A stretch of DNA of 63,765 nucleotides, filler included, from Octopus bimaculoides (Eukaryota): NCBI RefSeq assembly GCF_001194135.2. It is 6 parts of 4 records of this genome, joined end to end, with 100 filler letters (N's around TTAATTAATTAA, not from the genome) between each part and the next. Parts side by side here need not be neighbours in the genome. Positions count along the whole stretch, not along the records: positions 17,263 to 40,039 come from NC_068984.1; 5 more parts are not named here. The stretch is one strand, 5' to 3'. Below the pieces are notes generated by a model. The model was given only the letters and a program-made list of their open reading frames with translations. It ran no database searches and had not been told where the DNA came from. Within the stretch, counting starts at the first letter, position 1. Each line of letters begins with the position of its first letter. Both the position numbers and the translations under genes were made by a program. This document shows, piece after piece, positions 23,790 through 37,759 of this stretch.

Positions 23790-24600
23790 CCTGCAGATCC
23801 TGAGTCCCCAAGCTGTGGCTAATGATTAAATAAGGCACATGTTTGCAGGATGGTAGGCGGCAGGCTCCCAAAGACAGTTTTTTATGCTGAACTAACTCAG
23901 GGCAGACGGAATCATTCATGGTGGACAGAGTCTTGGTGGTCAGAGTTTGCGACACAGGGCTGTGCCAAAGTGTCATATGAAGAACTTCGGCACCTCCCCC
24001 TCACACCTGGGAGGATAAGGCCCTGCAGCGCATTGAATGGCACCTATTACTGAAACTCGTAATTCCAGCCATTGAGGAGAAACAACAGAGAGAATATAAA
24101 AGAACACATAAGAGGCGTCACTTCTCTTCACTAGCAGCAGATAAAAAGCAGACCTTGAACATTGTTAGTAAAAAAGTCTGAGTGTGATTACTGAAGAAAG
24201 GCAGTCAACGTCGACCTTCGACGAAAGCCGAAGAAAATGGCACAGGAGATGAAGGAGACCAATTCTGAAGTAGTTATATAATCCCAGTCAACCCAGCTCT
24301 AGCAGAAAGACAACCTTGTTAGTAAAAAAAAGTTTGAGTGTGATCTACAGTCAAGCATTCCGGGTACTCCAGTCTTTCGTCCGGATGAGGACCACATTTA
24401 ACATACGTTGTGAGATGCACTGATTTAATGTGTGAAGTGCAATGGGACAGCCCAAACGCATGACCGTTCTTCCGTTGTCCAGCTCGCTCCAGAGGTTCTG
24501 GTAAGTGGTCACAGAAGCGCCGAGCTTGCTGAACTCGGTAAGAATGCAACGGGTGTCTATCTTCAGCGCTGGTATATACCAAACACATTCTTGGAGGATG
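23790..24600 (+). mobile_element. RTE LINE 3' fragment with degenerate Zn-finger-like tail
   Basis: HVCRMVGGRLPKTVFYAELTQGRR...HTWEDKALQRIEW...HKRRH (RTE C-terminal region). Downstream remnants KSECDY, KFECDL.SQAFRVLQSFVR.MRT and FRCPA; the part after 24150 is weak. Confidence 0.65.
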
Positions 24601-27040
24601 GAGAGGACAGAATGCTACAACTATTTTAGTATGATTTTATATGACAGCATTGGGTTGGATAGTGTTGTTATAGCCCAAGTCAACTCTGATTAGCTGACGT
24701 ACGCTCACATAGATTCTAGCCATCATTATCCTAAGTTCGGATACTGTATTGCGGACGACATCACTCAATGTATCCTTTCTTTTCTAAAATGTTAGTGTAA
24801 GTTAAGGAAGATTTTATTGTTATGTCTAGCAATTCGAGCGACCATGAAGTGACTTCTGTGTTTTCTCGTGAGGTAGATTTTTGCGAGCTGTGTGTAGCTG
24901 CATTCAGAAGGGCATTTTAGTTGAACTCGAGTGAGGGTCAATAACGAGGGTGGGGTGGGGGGCGAATCAACCGGTGCATCGGCCCGGGAGTATCTGACAA
25001 AAAACTGACAGCCTCTTGAATTCTAAGAGAAAATCCCCCCGGGGCTCCGACAAAACGGTTCGCCTCGCAAAATATCTCCCGTAGGACTAGTCGGAATGCT
25101 GTAGAGCAATTTAACATTTAGCAGTAGATGGGCTGCGGTTTAACACGTAACTTGAGCAAAATTTCGTTCAAACAATTCCCGAGGGTCTTTAAAAGGGAAC
25201 AGTGAAATATGAAACATCTGCCCGAAAACATGGGACAACCATAGCTGAAATGCCACAATTGGAGAAGTTGTAAATTGTTAGTGATTGCAAGCTCGTTCAA
25301 ACAGGCGAATAGCGTGTTCAAATCCCACTGTTACCAAGTTGGCATTTTCTCTCACACAATTATCAGGAGTAACAATACCTACATACCGGTGATATAATTA
25401 AGAACTGTGACAAAAAGTAGTTCAGCTTCCTCCCCTGTACACACACTGAATATATATATACATATATATATATATGCATATTATATATACTTACATACAC
25501 ACGTAAACACTGCACGCATAACACTCGTGTGTGTGTGTGTGTGTGTAAGCCGATTATTATGATTGAGACGGCGTCATTTAGATAATTGGACATATATGGG
25601 ATGTACTAATATTAACAAGAACTATTTGATAACATTATCTGTGATTATAGTAAGCGGTTTCGCTATATCTGTCTTAAAACACACACACAACCTGGTCTTG
25701 GACGTATGAGAACATACTAAAAAAAAAAACAATTATAGCTTCCACTAACTCACTCCATGCATATTTACTAACATATACACACCTGTACAAGAACCTTTAT
25801 AATTATTTTTTTTCCTGCTTTAAAAAGTAAAAAGATAAAAAAAACAATATTGCGGAAGAATCAAAATATAAGACACGAATACATGTGATCGAGTTGAAAT
25901 GTTAGCATGTATCGAAACCCGATCCGTATTCGTTACATAGACTTATTAAAAATAAAAACACTTAGAGGCGGAGTGACGAACAAATAATCATTGTCTTGGT
26001 GATAATTTCAAACAATCGACAGCCCACCCCCGATTCTCTTTAAAGTCATTATTATTTCTGCGTACAGATAGACCTAGCAATTACGATGACTAGTTGATAT
26101 GATCATTTTAAAGTCAAATTGCCTCTATTATCTAACAAACTACTTCGGGTTGATAAGACAGGTGCTGGTGGTGATTATAAACAAACAAGGACAGCTAAAT
26201 CGACATATGGAGTGTCGAGTCGTCCTCAGGTGAACAGTCAAAATAGTAATCCATTCACACATGCAAACACGAATGCATATCTATATATAGATATATACAT
26301 GTGTTCTTCTATATCATGGTATTGTCGGAGAAAGTTTATATACGCACTCACCTACGCATATATATGTGTGTGTACTTCAAAGATAAATATAGTGCACGTG
26401 CTTATATCATATCCTGCAGTTATTCACACAAACACGTACGTAATCATAACACAATTCGTACATACTGATAATTCGATAAGCACACACTCCATAAATATAC
26501 ATATGAGGAAGGGAGCTTCTGTGCGGTCATTCGATCTGCTAGAAATAGAAGCAAAATATCCCTTGTATCATCGGTTTAAACAAATAAGGATACATTGGAT
26601 AATGTAGCGCTAAGTATCCTTAAAAAGATAGGATGGTCATGACTGGAATGTTTTGATCATTGGTCAACTCAATCATAGCTAACCTGGGGCTAAACAGCAA
26701 CACATCACACGCACGCAGTTCATTATATACACATAAACCCATAATACTATAAGTTCGTATATACTCCATAGACATACTTTATGCACAAAGTTTATATATA
26801 TGAATACCATGAATACCATCAACATAATTACACACGCACACAATTAATACACACAATATATATGTGAAATATGCAGAAAGTTTACTTAAAACTAATAGCA
26901 TACACAATTTATATATCCTTGTATCTCAATTCATATAAGTCGTATGGAAAGGTGAAACTCTAAGTAGCAGTTTGTTATGTTTTTGTAGCTTTAATAACAC
27001 AGTGTGTGTGTACACAGAGCCACCCCTACGTGTGTGTGTA

Positions 27041-27079
<39 letters not shown>

Positions 27080-29969
27080 NNNNNNNNNNNNNNNNNNNNN
27101 NNNNNNNNNNNNNNNNNNNNNNNNNNNNNNNNNNNNNNNNNNNNNNNNNNNNNNNNNNNNNNNNNNNNNNNNNNNNNNNNNNNNNNNNNNNNNNNNNNNN
27201 NNNNNNNNNNNNNNNNNNNNNNNNNNNNNNNNNNNNNNNNNNNNNNNNNNNNNNNNNNNNNNNNNNNNNNNNNNNNNNNNNNNNNNNNNNNNNNNNNNNN
27301 NNNNNNNNNNNNNNNNNNNNNNNNNNNNNNNNNNNNNNNNNNNNNNNNNNNNNNNNNNNNNNNNNNNNNNNNNNNNNNNNNNNNNNNNNNNNNNNNNNNN
27401 NNNNNNNNNNNNNNNNNNNNNNNNNNNNNNNNNNNNNNNNNNNNNNNNNNNNNNNNNNNNNNNNNNNNNNNNNNNNNNNNNNNNNNNNNNNNNNNNNNNN
27501 NNNNNNNNNNNNNNNNNNNNNNNNNNNNNNNNNNNNNNNNNNNNNNNNNNNNNNNNNNNNNNNNNNNNNNNNNNNNNNNNNNNNNNNNNNNNNNNNNNNA
27601 TATATATATATATATATACACACACACAACTAGGTAAATCCTTTTAAAACGTGTCTATGCAGTACACAATCACACAGGTGTACGTACAGGTGTAATATAA
27701 TACTCACACTTAGAGAAGATAATATACGACGTGTGTGTATACAGGAAGTGGGTACAATGATATCGTAGTAAGTTTCTAACAAACTTAGCGACTCGGTTTC
27801 AATTTTCACTCGGAACCACTTTATTCAACGTTATAGTCTTTTAGCTAAATATATATCACAACTTCCCTACTTTGATATTTCATTCTATAAATATCACGCT
27901 TTACCTCTTTTCTCTCTCTCTCCCTCACACAGACACACATGTAATCTGCACACAGGAATGTGGTCGTGCCCACTCTACTATAGTAGACTATTTCCAAACA
28001 CCAGATAGTGATATTCGCTGTCTATTTATAACGATGGTTGTCGAGGAAGCACTGATACCGTTATGTTTGTATACAAAGGCTGTATCCATGCGTGAGTCCT
28101 CTCTTTTTGGGTAGTGTATATGTATGTGTGTGCATATATCTACCTATATATATTATATATATATGTGTGTGCGTGTGTGTCTGTAGAACAATAAGCTAGG
28201 CTAACAGCAGAACTTGGCACCAGATCATTATAGATTCCGAGGCGACTGCAAGTGACGTCCATCCATGTGCTTTAACAGAACATAACAAGTAACAATCTTA
28301 GCAGACAAACTTAGCGAAATTAAAAGCTCTCTCCTACTATTTTAAGAAATCTGCGAACACGCCCGATTATTATCCCTCAAAAAAAAAAACAATCACTTCT
28401 TACACGCACACACAACATAATAAATACTTTTTAAATTTTACATCCTAAAAATGCCTAGATACTTAAGAAAAAAAATTACATGTGTTTTGCGATTGAAGCG
28501 TATTGTTGCATTATTTACTCTTTCTCGTGTATCTATCTCTCTTGCATAAAACTTGCTTTAAAATAGAGACGTTTTTTTTAAAATAGAAAACATCCGAAAC
28601 ATAGGAATATATAACTACGAATTCCACAATAAAGACACTAAAAGTAAAAGAAAAACAAACTACAATAAATAAAATCAAATAAAATCCCAAGAAAAAGTGA
28701 AGAATCTTCGACTTACAGAATGAGATTCTTGTGTCTCCGATCTCACTGGCCTGCCGACTGACTTTAGTGAATGACTGAATGGAAGGCAGGCAGTCAGGCA
28801 AGTCAAACTACAAAAGTATTATTGCCTATCAACAAGAGTCAGCCAGCCACCCAACCAGCCAGCCAGCACAGCTGACTTTAAGAATCGGGAAGGCTGAGGC
28901 GGATGGGAGAGGGTGGTGGTGGTGGTGGTACTCGAGAGGGATACAGAAGAACCTGCTTCATCTTTGACACACACACACGCACACACAAGAACATGTATAT
29001 ATACATACAAAAATACATATACACACACAAAAACATGCCATACATACACACACACAGTATATAGTCATATATATATATATATATATATATATGCATACAC
29101 ACATATACACTCATACATATATATATACATATACAAATACACACATATTTATACACGTACATGCACACGTTTATACACACGCTTCGACTCAACGAGAACT
29201 TTTTATGTGGAGATCCGAAATGCTAGAAACAGCAGCCAAATTTTCCTCACTTCGTACCCCGCCTACTATCTTATCAAATCACACGCACCGCCTACTATCT
29301 TAAAACAAAAACAAAAACACAGAAAAGAAAGAAAACAAAGACACATTCGGCATTGTCGTCCTATATACACAAAAATGACAGGGTGGTCGTGGTTGGAATT
29401 CCTCTGATCATAGGTCTCCTGTGTTATAACTCACACTCAACATTGCATACAAACATTCATTCAAACATGCATGCACAGACACCGATTTCGTGCACTCGAC
29501 CGAATGAAGGACAGAAACAACACAAACAGAAAAGAACAAACGAAGAAATAAGCGAAAGAAGAATGTGAGAGGGGATGAAGGGACGAAAACTGCTTTTAAA
29601 AGACAAGTACATCCAGACACAAACACATTCATAAACACATCCACAGACAAACACATACATATCTACACTCATTCACACACACACACACACATATATATAT
29701 ACATACATACACACACAATGGTACATGCAACACAGTCAGCACATTTGACTGTTGAAGTGAAAAAACAAAATGCTGGAAGAACAGAATGGATGTAAGAAAG
29801 ATAAAGCAAAATGAAATAGACGGAAGGCGACGATGGGGGGGGGGGAAATTAGATAATATATATATTGTATACGCATATATACACGCATATGTGTACACAG
29901 ACATATACACACATTTATACATGAATACTTATTGTTATATTTATAATTTACACATACACACACACACAC

Positions 29970-30012
<43 letters not shown>

Positions 30013-30043
30013 CCCTGAGTTATGGTCTCTTAGATGACTGACG

Positions 30044-30088
<45 letters not shown>

Positions 30089-30123
30089 TGATACTGATAT
30101 ACATATATACTTATATGTGTATG

Positions 30124-30155
<32 letters not shown>

Positions 30156-30370
30156 CATATGTGTGTATGTGTTTATATATACATATAGGTGAATGTGCAT
30201 ATATATATAAATAGACATACACACACACACTTGTATGTGTGTACGCACAGATAAAAAGAGGGGAAGATGTCCTATGTAAGTGTGCGTGCGTGCGTGCGTG
30301 CGCGAGTATGTCTATTATTTTGAGTGACTCATAACAAAAGTAGAAAAGAAAACAAAATACTTATAATGAC

Positions 30371-30401
<31 letters not shown>

Positions 30402-30791
30402 CAGCTCATCACCAATAATAATGCACCCCATCACACATCACACACATAAACACACACACCATATTTGGCCTTACCTGCTCTGTCTTTTATCAGCCAGCAG
30501 CGATTTGGTGGAGACGAAGAGAGGAACTCGATGAATAAATGAATGAGATAAATACTAAATAAACGGCTGTATGGAGAAACTCCAGCATTCGAAGAAAGTT
30601 TGCAATCTCTGTTTTCCCCTCTTTTTTTTTGTCTTACCTATACCCTTAAAGTGTTAATGAGTCACCAAAGTCCGGGTCATAGACACAAAGAGTTTATACA
30701 TTGTCATTTGCTTTGCTTGAAGTTTCAAACTGCGAGGGAAAAACAAGTGTTAGGGATTTTAAATTATCATACATAGGTTTTTGCACGTGCA

Positions 30792-30830
<39 letters not shown>

Positions 30831-31282
30831 TTCTTTCTCGCACTTTCTCTATCTCTGTCTCTGTCTCTCTGTCTTTCTCTCTCTCTTAAGCACACATATA
30901 TGGGTGAATGCGCGCAAATGTGTATATATGTATATATACACACACACACACATGTATCGCCCTCTTTCTCTATATATCTATACATTATATATATATATAT
31001 ATATATATATTATACAGTGTACAGTTTCGTAATTGATGGAATCATTTAAATCTTGTGTATATTAAATGTGTGTGTGTGCGTGTGTGTGTGTGTGTGTGTG
31101 TCTGTATAGAGAAGGAAGGAAACAAAGATGCATAATTAGTATATATGTATATATAGTTATATATGCACGCATGCATATATATACTCTCACACACACACAC
31201 ACGCACGCGCACACTCACGCGCGCGCGCATATAGCCACAGATACACATGGTGTAGATGTATGAGCGTCTAGTTGTCCAATCA

Positions 31283-31530
31283 GCTGGACAACTTACAATT
31301 GAATTAACGTGCAAAGTCGCAAAGGATTTTTGCAGACACGTGTACCTTTAATTTAATTCTCAGGTGGAATAAGCGTGACAGTGTAACAAGGCAGGACCTT
31401 TGAATCATACTTACAGACCGTCTGGCAGGAAAGGTTAGGCCGACCCGAGATTATGGTGAAGGAACTTACCAAAGATAGTCTGTAATCAGATCGAACCTGG
31501 GACTTCACAGTTGCGAAACAAACTTAACCT
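31283..31530 (-). mobile_element. Old SINE with family B-type tail
   Basis: AATTAACGTGCAA...CAGACACGTGTACC...AGCGTGACA...CAAGGC..ACCTTTGAA resembles 41530-41640. Confidence 0.6.
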
Positions 31531-32064
31531 CATACATATATATGTATATATGTGTGTACGCCTCTGTGTGTATGTGCGTATTTATTATATATGTAGTATT
31601 GTATATATTATTTTATATGTATTATTGTATACGTATTATTATATATGCATTATTGTATATGTATTATATATGCTTATAATTGTATGTGCCTATAAATACA
31701 AAGATTTACGCATGTATACACACATGTACACATAAATGTGTACAGGTGCATAGAACTTGTATAGGTATACGCATACACTGTGTATTTATGTATATGCATG
31801 TATATATATATATATATATATAAGATGGGGAAGGCCGGTTTATGGGATTACCTTAGGTTTCCCGTTCATAAAGGGTTTAGTTTTATGGCGTATTGTCATT
31901 GGGATCTGACGATACACCCTAAAGCTAAACCTTTTATGAACGGGAAACCTAAGATAATCTCATAAACCGGCCTTCCCCATCTTTAATATATATCGCTCTA
32001 CATCTTAGAGTGTGCTTCTTTCGGGTTTGTTATTTTACATACGATATACATATATATATATATA

Positions 32065-32467
32065 AGGTGCTGACATGAGTGCCTGGAAGCAGTTTGCTTC
32101 CTAATCACATGGTTCCGGGTTCAGTCCCACTGCGTGGAATCTTGGACAAGTGTTTTCTATAGCCCAGGCCGAACAAAGCCTTGTGGGTGAATCTGGTACA
32201 CGGAAACTGAAAGAAGCCCGTCGTGTATATTTATATCTATATATATATATATATAGAGAGAGAGATTTTTTAAAAATTTTACTTGTTCCAGTCATTTGAC
32301 TGCGGCCATACTGGAGCGCCACATTAAAGGGTTCTTAGTCGAAGAAATCGACCCCAGGACTTTTACTTTGTAAGTCAAGTACTTATTCTATCGGTGTCTT
32401 TTGCTGAACTGCTAAGTTACAGGGATGTAAACACACCACATAAATATATACATATATATAAGTGTAT

Positions 32468-32500
<33 letters not shown>

Positions 32501-32880
32501 ACATACATACATACATACGACAGGCTTAGTTTCCATCTACCAAATCCACTCACAAGGCTTCATTCGGCCCGAGGCTACAGTAAAAGACACTTCCCCCAAT
32601 GTGCCATGAAGTGGGACTGAACCCGGAGCCATGTGGTTGGGGAGCAAGCTTCTTACCACACAGCCACGCCTGTATAAATCCATGTGTATTTATGTTTGTC
32701 TTCCACCATCGCTTGAATACCGGTATTGTTTTGTTTATCTCACTGTTATCTAGCAATTCGGCAAACAAATCCGATAAAGAAATAATTACTAAGGTCGATT
32801 CATTCGACTGAAACCTCCAAAGCGGTGCCCCAGCATGGCCGCAGTCAAATGACTGAAAGAAGTATAACATAAAAGATAAA
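32065..32880 (+). mobile_element. SINE family A (+) split by an antisense family A copy (32280-32672)
   Basis: Plus-strand head half at 32065-32225, complete minus-strand copy at 32280-32672, plus-strand tail half at about 32690-32880. Confidence 0.8.
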
Positions 32881-34057
32881 TAATATACATAGACGACTAT
32901 AGTTTTGTCTACAGATGTATGTATTATGTATGTGTAACAATTGCGTGAGTGCATAAGTGCATATATATATACATACAAACACATAAATATATATACCCCA
33001 CTATTTACTGACTTATATATATATATATATATNNNNNNNNNNNNNNNNNNNNNNNNNNNNNNNNNNNNNNNNNNNNNNNNNNNNNNNNNNNNNNNNNNNN
33101 NNNNNNNNNNNNNNTATATATACCGGAGTAAGCACATGCAATGTGCAACAAGGTGGAAAAAAGAGTACTCAAATACCAGAGGTAGAGTAATATGCTTTAT
33201 ATTTCTGCTGCTTTTAAATAAAGTATATATATATATATATATATATATATGTAACTGTATTTACATATATGCGTGTATAAATCTAATCGTTCATTCATAT
33301 GCACTCACACACGCTCAATTCACATGAAAACTGAAACTTAATCGCCCTAGCATTTTTTAAATTATACACTTGTTGATGTCTGCATGCGATGATGTCTGTA
33401 TAGACTAAAATTTTAAAACAACAACCATGAAAACCAAAGGGAAAAAAAAATATTTTAGTATGTTAAAGGCAATGCTGGGTCATGAACGGAGTACTAATTG
33501 CATGTGTGAATTATGAACTTGTTTTGTGGCTCAGCGAACATAGACTCTTGTGTTGCGTTAGTGTTGTATTGTACTCTGTGTGTGTGTGTATGTGTGTGTG
33601 TGCGCGTGTGCGCCGTGTACGTCTGCGTGCCTGTGTGCGCCGTGTATGTCTGCGTGCCTGTGTGAAAGAGAGAGAGAGAGAGGGTGTGAGAGACAGCAAC
33701 AATGTACATTCTTTCTCCACAAACACACACGCACACACATGAATATATATAAATATATACATATATAAATTCGCACACACACACACACTTATACATACAC
33801 AAAGTATATCCGTTTGAAAGTATGTAAGATAACAATGAAGGCTTTGCTGAAAAAAATGTGAGCTGTATGTATGTATGTATGTATGTATGTACGTATGTAT
33901 GTATGTATTTATGTATGTATGTATGTGTGTGTGTATGTATGTACGTATGTATATACGTATATGTATGTCTGTATGTATGTATGCATGTATGTACGTACGT
34001 ATGTTTGTATGGATGCACGTACGTATGTTTGTATGGATGCACGTACGTTTGTATAAT

Positions 34058-34427
34058 GCCGAGGCGTAGCTGTGTAGTAAGAAACTTGCTTCCCACACAC
34101 ATGGTTCCGGGTTCAGTCCCACTGTGTGGCACCTTGGGCAAGCGTCTCCTACTATGCCTCAGGCAGATCAATGCCTTGTGAGAGGGTTTGGTACAGGGAA
34201 ATTGAAAGAAGCCCGTCGCATATGTGTGTGTGTGTCCGCACTATCGCTTGACAACCGGTGTTGGTGTGTTTACGGCCTCATAACTTAGCGCTTCAGCAAA
34301 ATAGACCATAGAATAAGTACCAGGCTTTAAAAAGATATAATCCTAAGGTTGATTCATTCGACTAAAAATTCTTCAAGGCTATGCCCCAGCATGGCGGCAG
34401 TCTAATGACTGAAACAAGTAAAAGATG
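34058..34427 (+). mobile_element. SINE family A, full length
   Basis: Head, middle and tail (CAGTCTAATGACTGAAACAAGTAAAAGA) all present. Confidence 0.88.
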
Positions 34428-34444
34428 TGTATGTGTGTGTGTGT

Positions 34445-34616
34445 GTGCCTATGTGGTTGTGTGATAAGAAACTTGCTTCCCAACCACATGGTTCCGGGTT
34501 CAGTCCCACTGGGTAGCATCTTGGACAAGTGTCTTCTACTATAACCTCGGGCCGACCAAAGCCTTGTGAGTGGATTTGGCAGACAGAAACTGAAAGAAGC
34601 CCATCGTAAATATATA
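34445..34616 (+). mobile_element. SINE family A, 5' half, interrupted at its internal (TA)n by a mariner
   Basis: CTTGCTTCCCAACCACATGGTTCCGGGTTCAGTCCCACTG...GAAAGAAGCCCATCGTAAATATATA|TCAGG. Confidence 0.85.
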
Positions 34617-35435
34617 TCAGGCTGAGTGAAAAGTAAGCAACGTTTTGAACTATGAAGAATTTGTACCCGATGTTTGCAGAGTTTTGAATTTTTTAAACAT
34701 TTGTTTTTCTAATTGTCTGATAATACAGACATAGACACCTGCCCAGATGCATCAATAAATTAACATTGTTACAATCATCTGAAATGGAACTGTTAAAGCG
34801 CAATATTCGATCAAGTTTGCTATTCAACTTCAAAAAAGGATGTAATGTAGCTGAAACTGCTCGTGATATCAATGAAACCTTTGGTGAGGAAATGACCAGT
34901 GAGTGGTCAGCTCGAAAGTGGTTTGAACGATTTCGTAGTGGAGACCTCAGTCTTGAAGATCGTGAGTGTAATGGATGCTCATCTGTCATCGATGACGGTC
35001 AATTAAAGACCATTATTGAGAAAGATCCACGTAAAACCACTTGTGAACTGGCAAAAGAACTTCAAGTTAGCCAGAAAACTGCCTACAACCATTTGCATGC
35101 GATCGGAAAATAAAAAAAGCTCGGCAAATGGGTACCACACGATTTGAATGAAAATCAGAAAATGCGCAAATATGAAATTTGCTCGTCATTTATTCTCCGA
35201 AACCAGACCGATCCATTTCTCGACCGTATTGTAACTTGCTATGAAAAGTGGATTCTGTACAATAATAAAAAAAACTTTCTTCGCAATGGTTGGACTAAAA
35301 TGGAGCACCGAAAGCCTTCTCTAAACCCGAGTTCTTCAAAAAGAAGGTTATTGTGACTGTTTGGTGGTGTACTACTGAACCCATAACATCTTAAAACATA
35401 GAAAAACCATTACTGCAGAAACATATTGCCATGAA
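34617..35435 (+). mobile_element. Mariner transposon, 5' two-thirds (pseudogene)
   Basis: MELLKRNIRSSLLFNFKKG...ARKWFERFRSGDLSLED...TTCELAKELQVSQKTAYNHLHAIGK*KKLGKWVPHDLNENQK...FLDRIVTCYEKWILYNN...VIVTVWW...KTITAETYCHE. Confidence 0.92.
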
Positions 35436-37137
35436 AAGGTAATGCTGGATAGATTGCTTCTGCACATGCTGATGAGGTTCTACCAGAATCGCAATGTTGG
35501 TTCAGTGATAGTAGGAGTACTATGGATATGATATTTTCGGCTAGACAGTTGCAAGAGAAGTGCATCGAACAGGATATTGACTTATACCAGATTTTCATTG
35601 ACCTACCAAAAGCGTTTGATTCTATGAATAGAATTGCACTTGGGAGATCCTAAAAAAGCTAGGATGCCCTGAAAATTTTGTGTGAATGCTTAGACAATTT
35701 CATGACAAGATGGAAGTGAGAGTTAATGCTGGAGGTACCTTATCAGATCTAATTTCTGTGGAAAATGGTGTAAAGCAAGATGATATTCCTGCTCCTACAC
35801 AATTGTCTTTCAAATAACTTTTAAAGATTGCCCCGAAGGGGTCTATATAAGATATAGGATATAGGACAACAAGAAAACTGTTTAATCTCAAATGACTCTG
35901 TGCCAAAACGAAAGCTCTGCATTCTCACCTTATTGAGTTTCTGTATACAAATGATTGTGACCTCTTGGCACATTCTCAGAAAGATATACAGTACATGGTA
36001 AATGCGATTTCTGCAACATGTGCAGCATTGGGTCTAACAATCAATCTAAAAAAACTGTTATAATGTACCAGCCCGCGCTCTCCAAGATGTATGTGGAACC
36101 TTTTATAACTGTAAATGGACAAAGGTTGGAAACCGTACCTAGATTTATTTATTTAGGAAGTACCTTGAGCACTGCTGGTCTTGATGATGAAATTTCATAC
36201 CGAATCAGCAGGGCTAGTAGTGCTTTTGGTAGGCTTGATAGGCGTCTGTGGAAACAACATAATATATCTTCACAAATTAAAGTTAAGGTATATAACACAT
36301 GCGTCCTCCCATCTTTGCTATATGGAAGTGAGGCATGGGTTGTTTACCCTAGGCAATCAATACTGTCTGAGAAAGATTTGGGGGATAAACTGGAAAATGG
36401 TTATTAGTAATGTGGAGGTGCTTGAGAGGAGTGGCAGTAGAAGTATAGAGTCAATGATTTTGCAAAGACGTTTGAGGGGGGGGGGGATTTGGTAAGGGTG
36501 AGTGATGAGCGACTGCCCAAGCAGCTATTGTATGGTAAGCTGGAAGATGGCAGGAGACCAGCACATAAGCCTAAACTAAGGTTTAAGGATTGCCTTAAAA
36601 ATACTTTAATACAGACAGGAATTGCAGCTGGTAATTGGGAGAGGGAGGCACAAGACCGCGATGGATTGGGGAAGATAGTGCATGATGGTTGTTCAAGGTT
36701 TGAGAGGGAGAGAGTGAAGTATGAGAGAATTAGAAGGGGGAACATGTGGAAAGTGAGTGAGTGTTGCTTTTTATGTGTGAGGTTTGTGGGCGGAAGTGTT
36801 TGAGTCGTGCAAGCCTGGTGAGCCATCAAAATTCTGATAGAAATCGACCCATGATAAACAATGATGTGCCTATTAAAATTCATAACAGAACGTGTGTAAA
36901 ATGTTGAAGGGTGTGTCTCTCAGTTGGAGGTCTAGAAGGACATGTTAAGAGAATGCATATGGTGACATCTGTTTCTCCTGCCAGCCAGTACAGTTGCCTA
37001 GTATGTAATAAAATGTGTAAAAGCTTGGCCGGGCTTAAAAGTCATATAAGGGCATCACATGGCAACAATTATGAATCACTTCAGTAAGTCTTCTTGGCAA
37101 TGGCTTTTCTCGTGTAACGAAGATGCAGCTGTGATAT
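35436..37137 (+). mobile_element. 5'-truncated RTE-clade LINE (RT, C-terminal domain, three C2H2-like fingers, 3' UTR)
   Basis: VLPESQCWF...STMDMIFSARQLQEKCIEQ...FIDLPKAFDS, GVKQDDIPAP, FLYTNDCDL (degenerate YADD), GLTINLKKT, FIYLGSTLS, RISRASSAFGRL, LLYGSEAW, ERLPKQLLYGKL, KLRFKDCLK. Fingers at 36770-37087. Confidence 0.93.
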
Positions 37138-37759
37138 NNNNNNNNNNNNNNNNNNNNNNNNNNNNNNNNNNNNNNNNNNNNNNNNNNNNNNNNNNNNNNN
37201 NNNNNNNNNNNNNNNNNNNNNNNNNNNNNNNNNNNNNNNNNNNNNNNNNNNNNNNNNNNNNNNNNNNNNNNNNNNNNNNNNNNNNNNNNNNNNNNNNNNN
37301 NNNNNNNNNNNNNNNNNNNNNNNNNNNNNNNNNNNNNNNNNNNNNNNNNNNNNNNNNNNNNNNNNNNNNNNNNNNNNNNNNNNNNNNNNNNNNNNNNNNN
37401 NNNNNNNNNNNNNNNNNNNNNNNNNNNNNNNNNNNNNNNNNNNNNNNNNNNNNNNNNNNNNNNNNNNNNNNNNNNNNNNNNNNNNNNNNNNNNNNNNNNN
37501 NNNNNNNNNNNNNNNNNNNNNNNNNNNNNNNNNNNNNNNNNNNNNNNNNNNNNNNNNNNNNNNNNNNNNNNNNNNNNNNNNNNNNNNNNNNNNNNNNNNN
37601 NNNNNNNNNNNNNNNNNNNNNNNNNNNNNNNNNNNNNNNNNNNNNNNNNNNNNNNNNNNNNNNNNNNNNNNNNNNNNNNNNNNNNNNNNNNNNNNNNNNN
37701 NNNNNNNNNNNNNNNNNNGTTTTTTTTTTTGTTTTTTTTAAATGTAAATTGCACTAATC

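Noticed and set aside
26119-26607. 162-aa ORF
   Set aside because: Starts at a non-ATG codon, overlaps AT/AC-rich and family E repeat sequence, and has no recognisable domain.
30475-30600. Minus-strand exon ending in a strong donor (GAGCAG|GTAAGG at 30475/30474)
   Set aside because: No convincing acceptor or reading frame; single splice-like motifs are expected by chance.
36770-37087. Exon of a host C2H2 zinc-finger gene
   Set aside because: Contiguous with RTE ORF and 3' UTR, lacks TGEKP linkers, and recurs with the same UTR at 40.3 kb.
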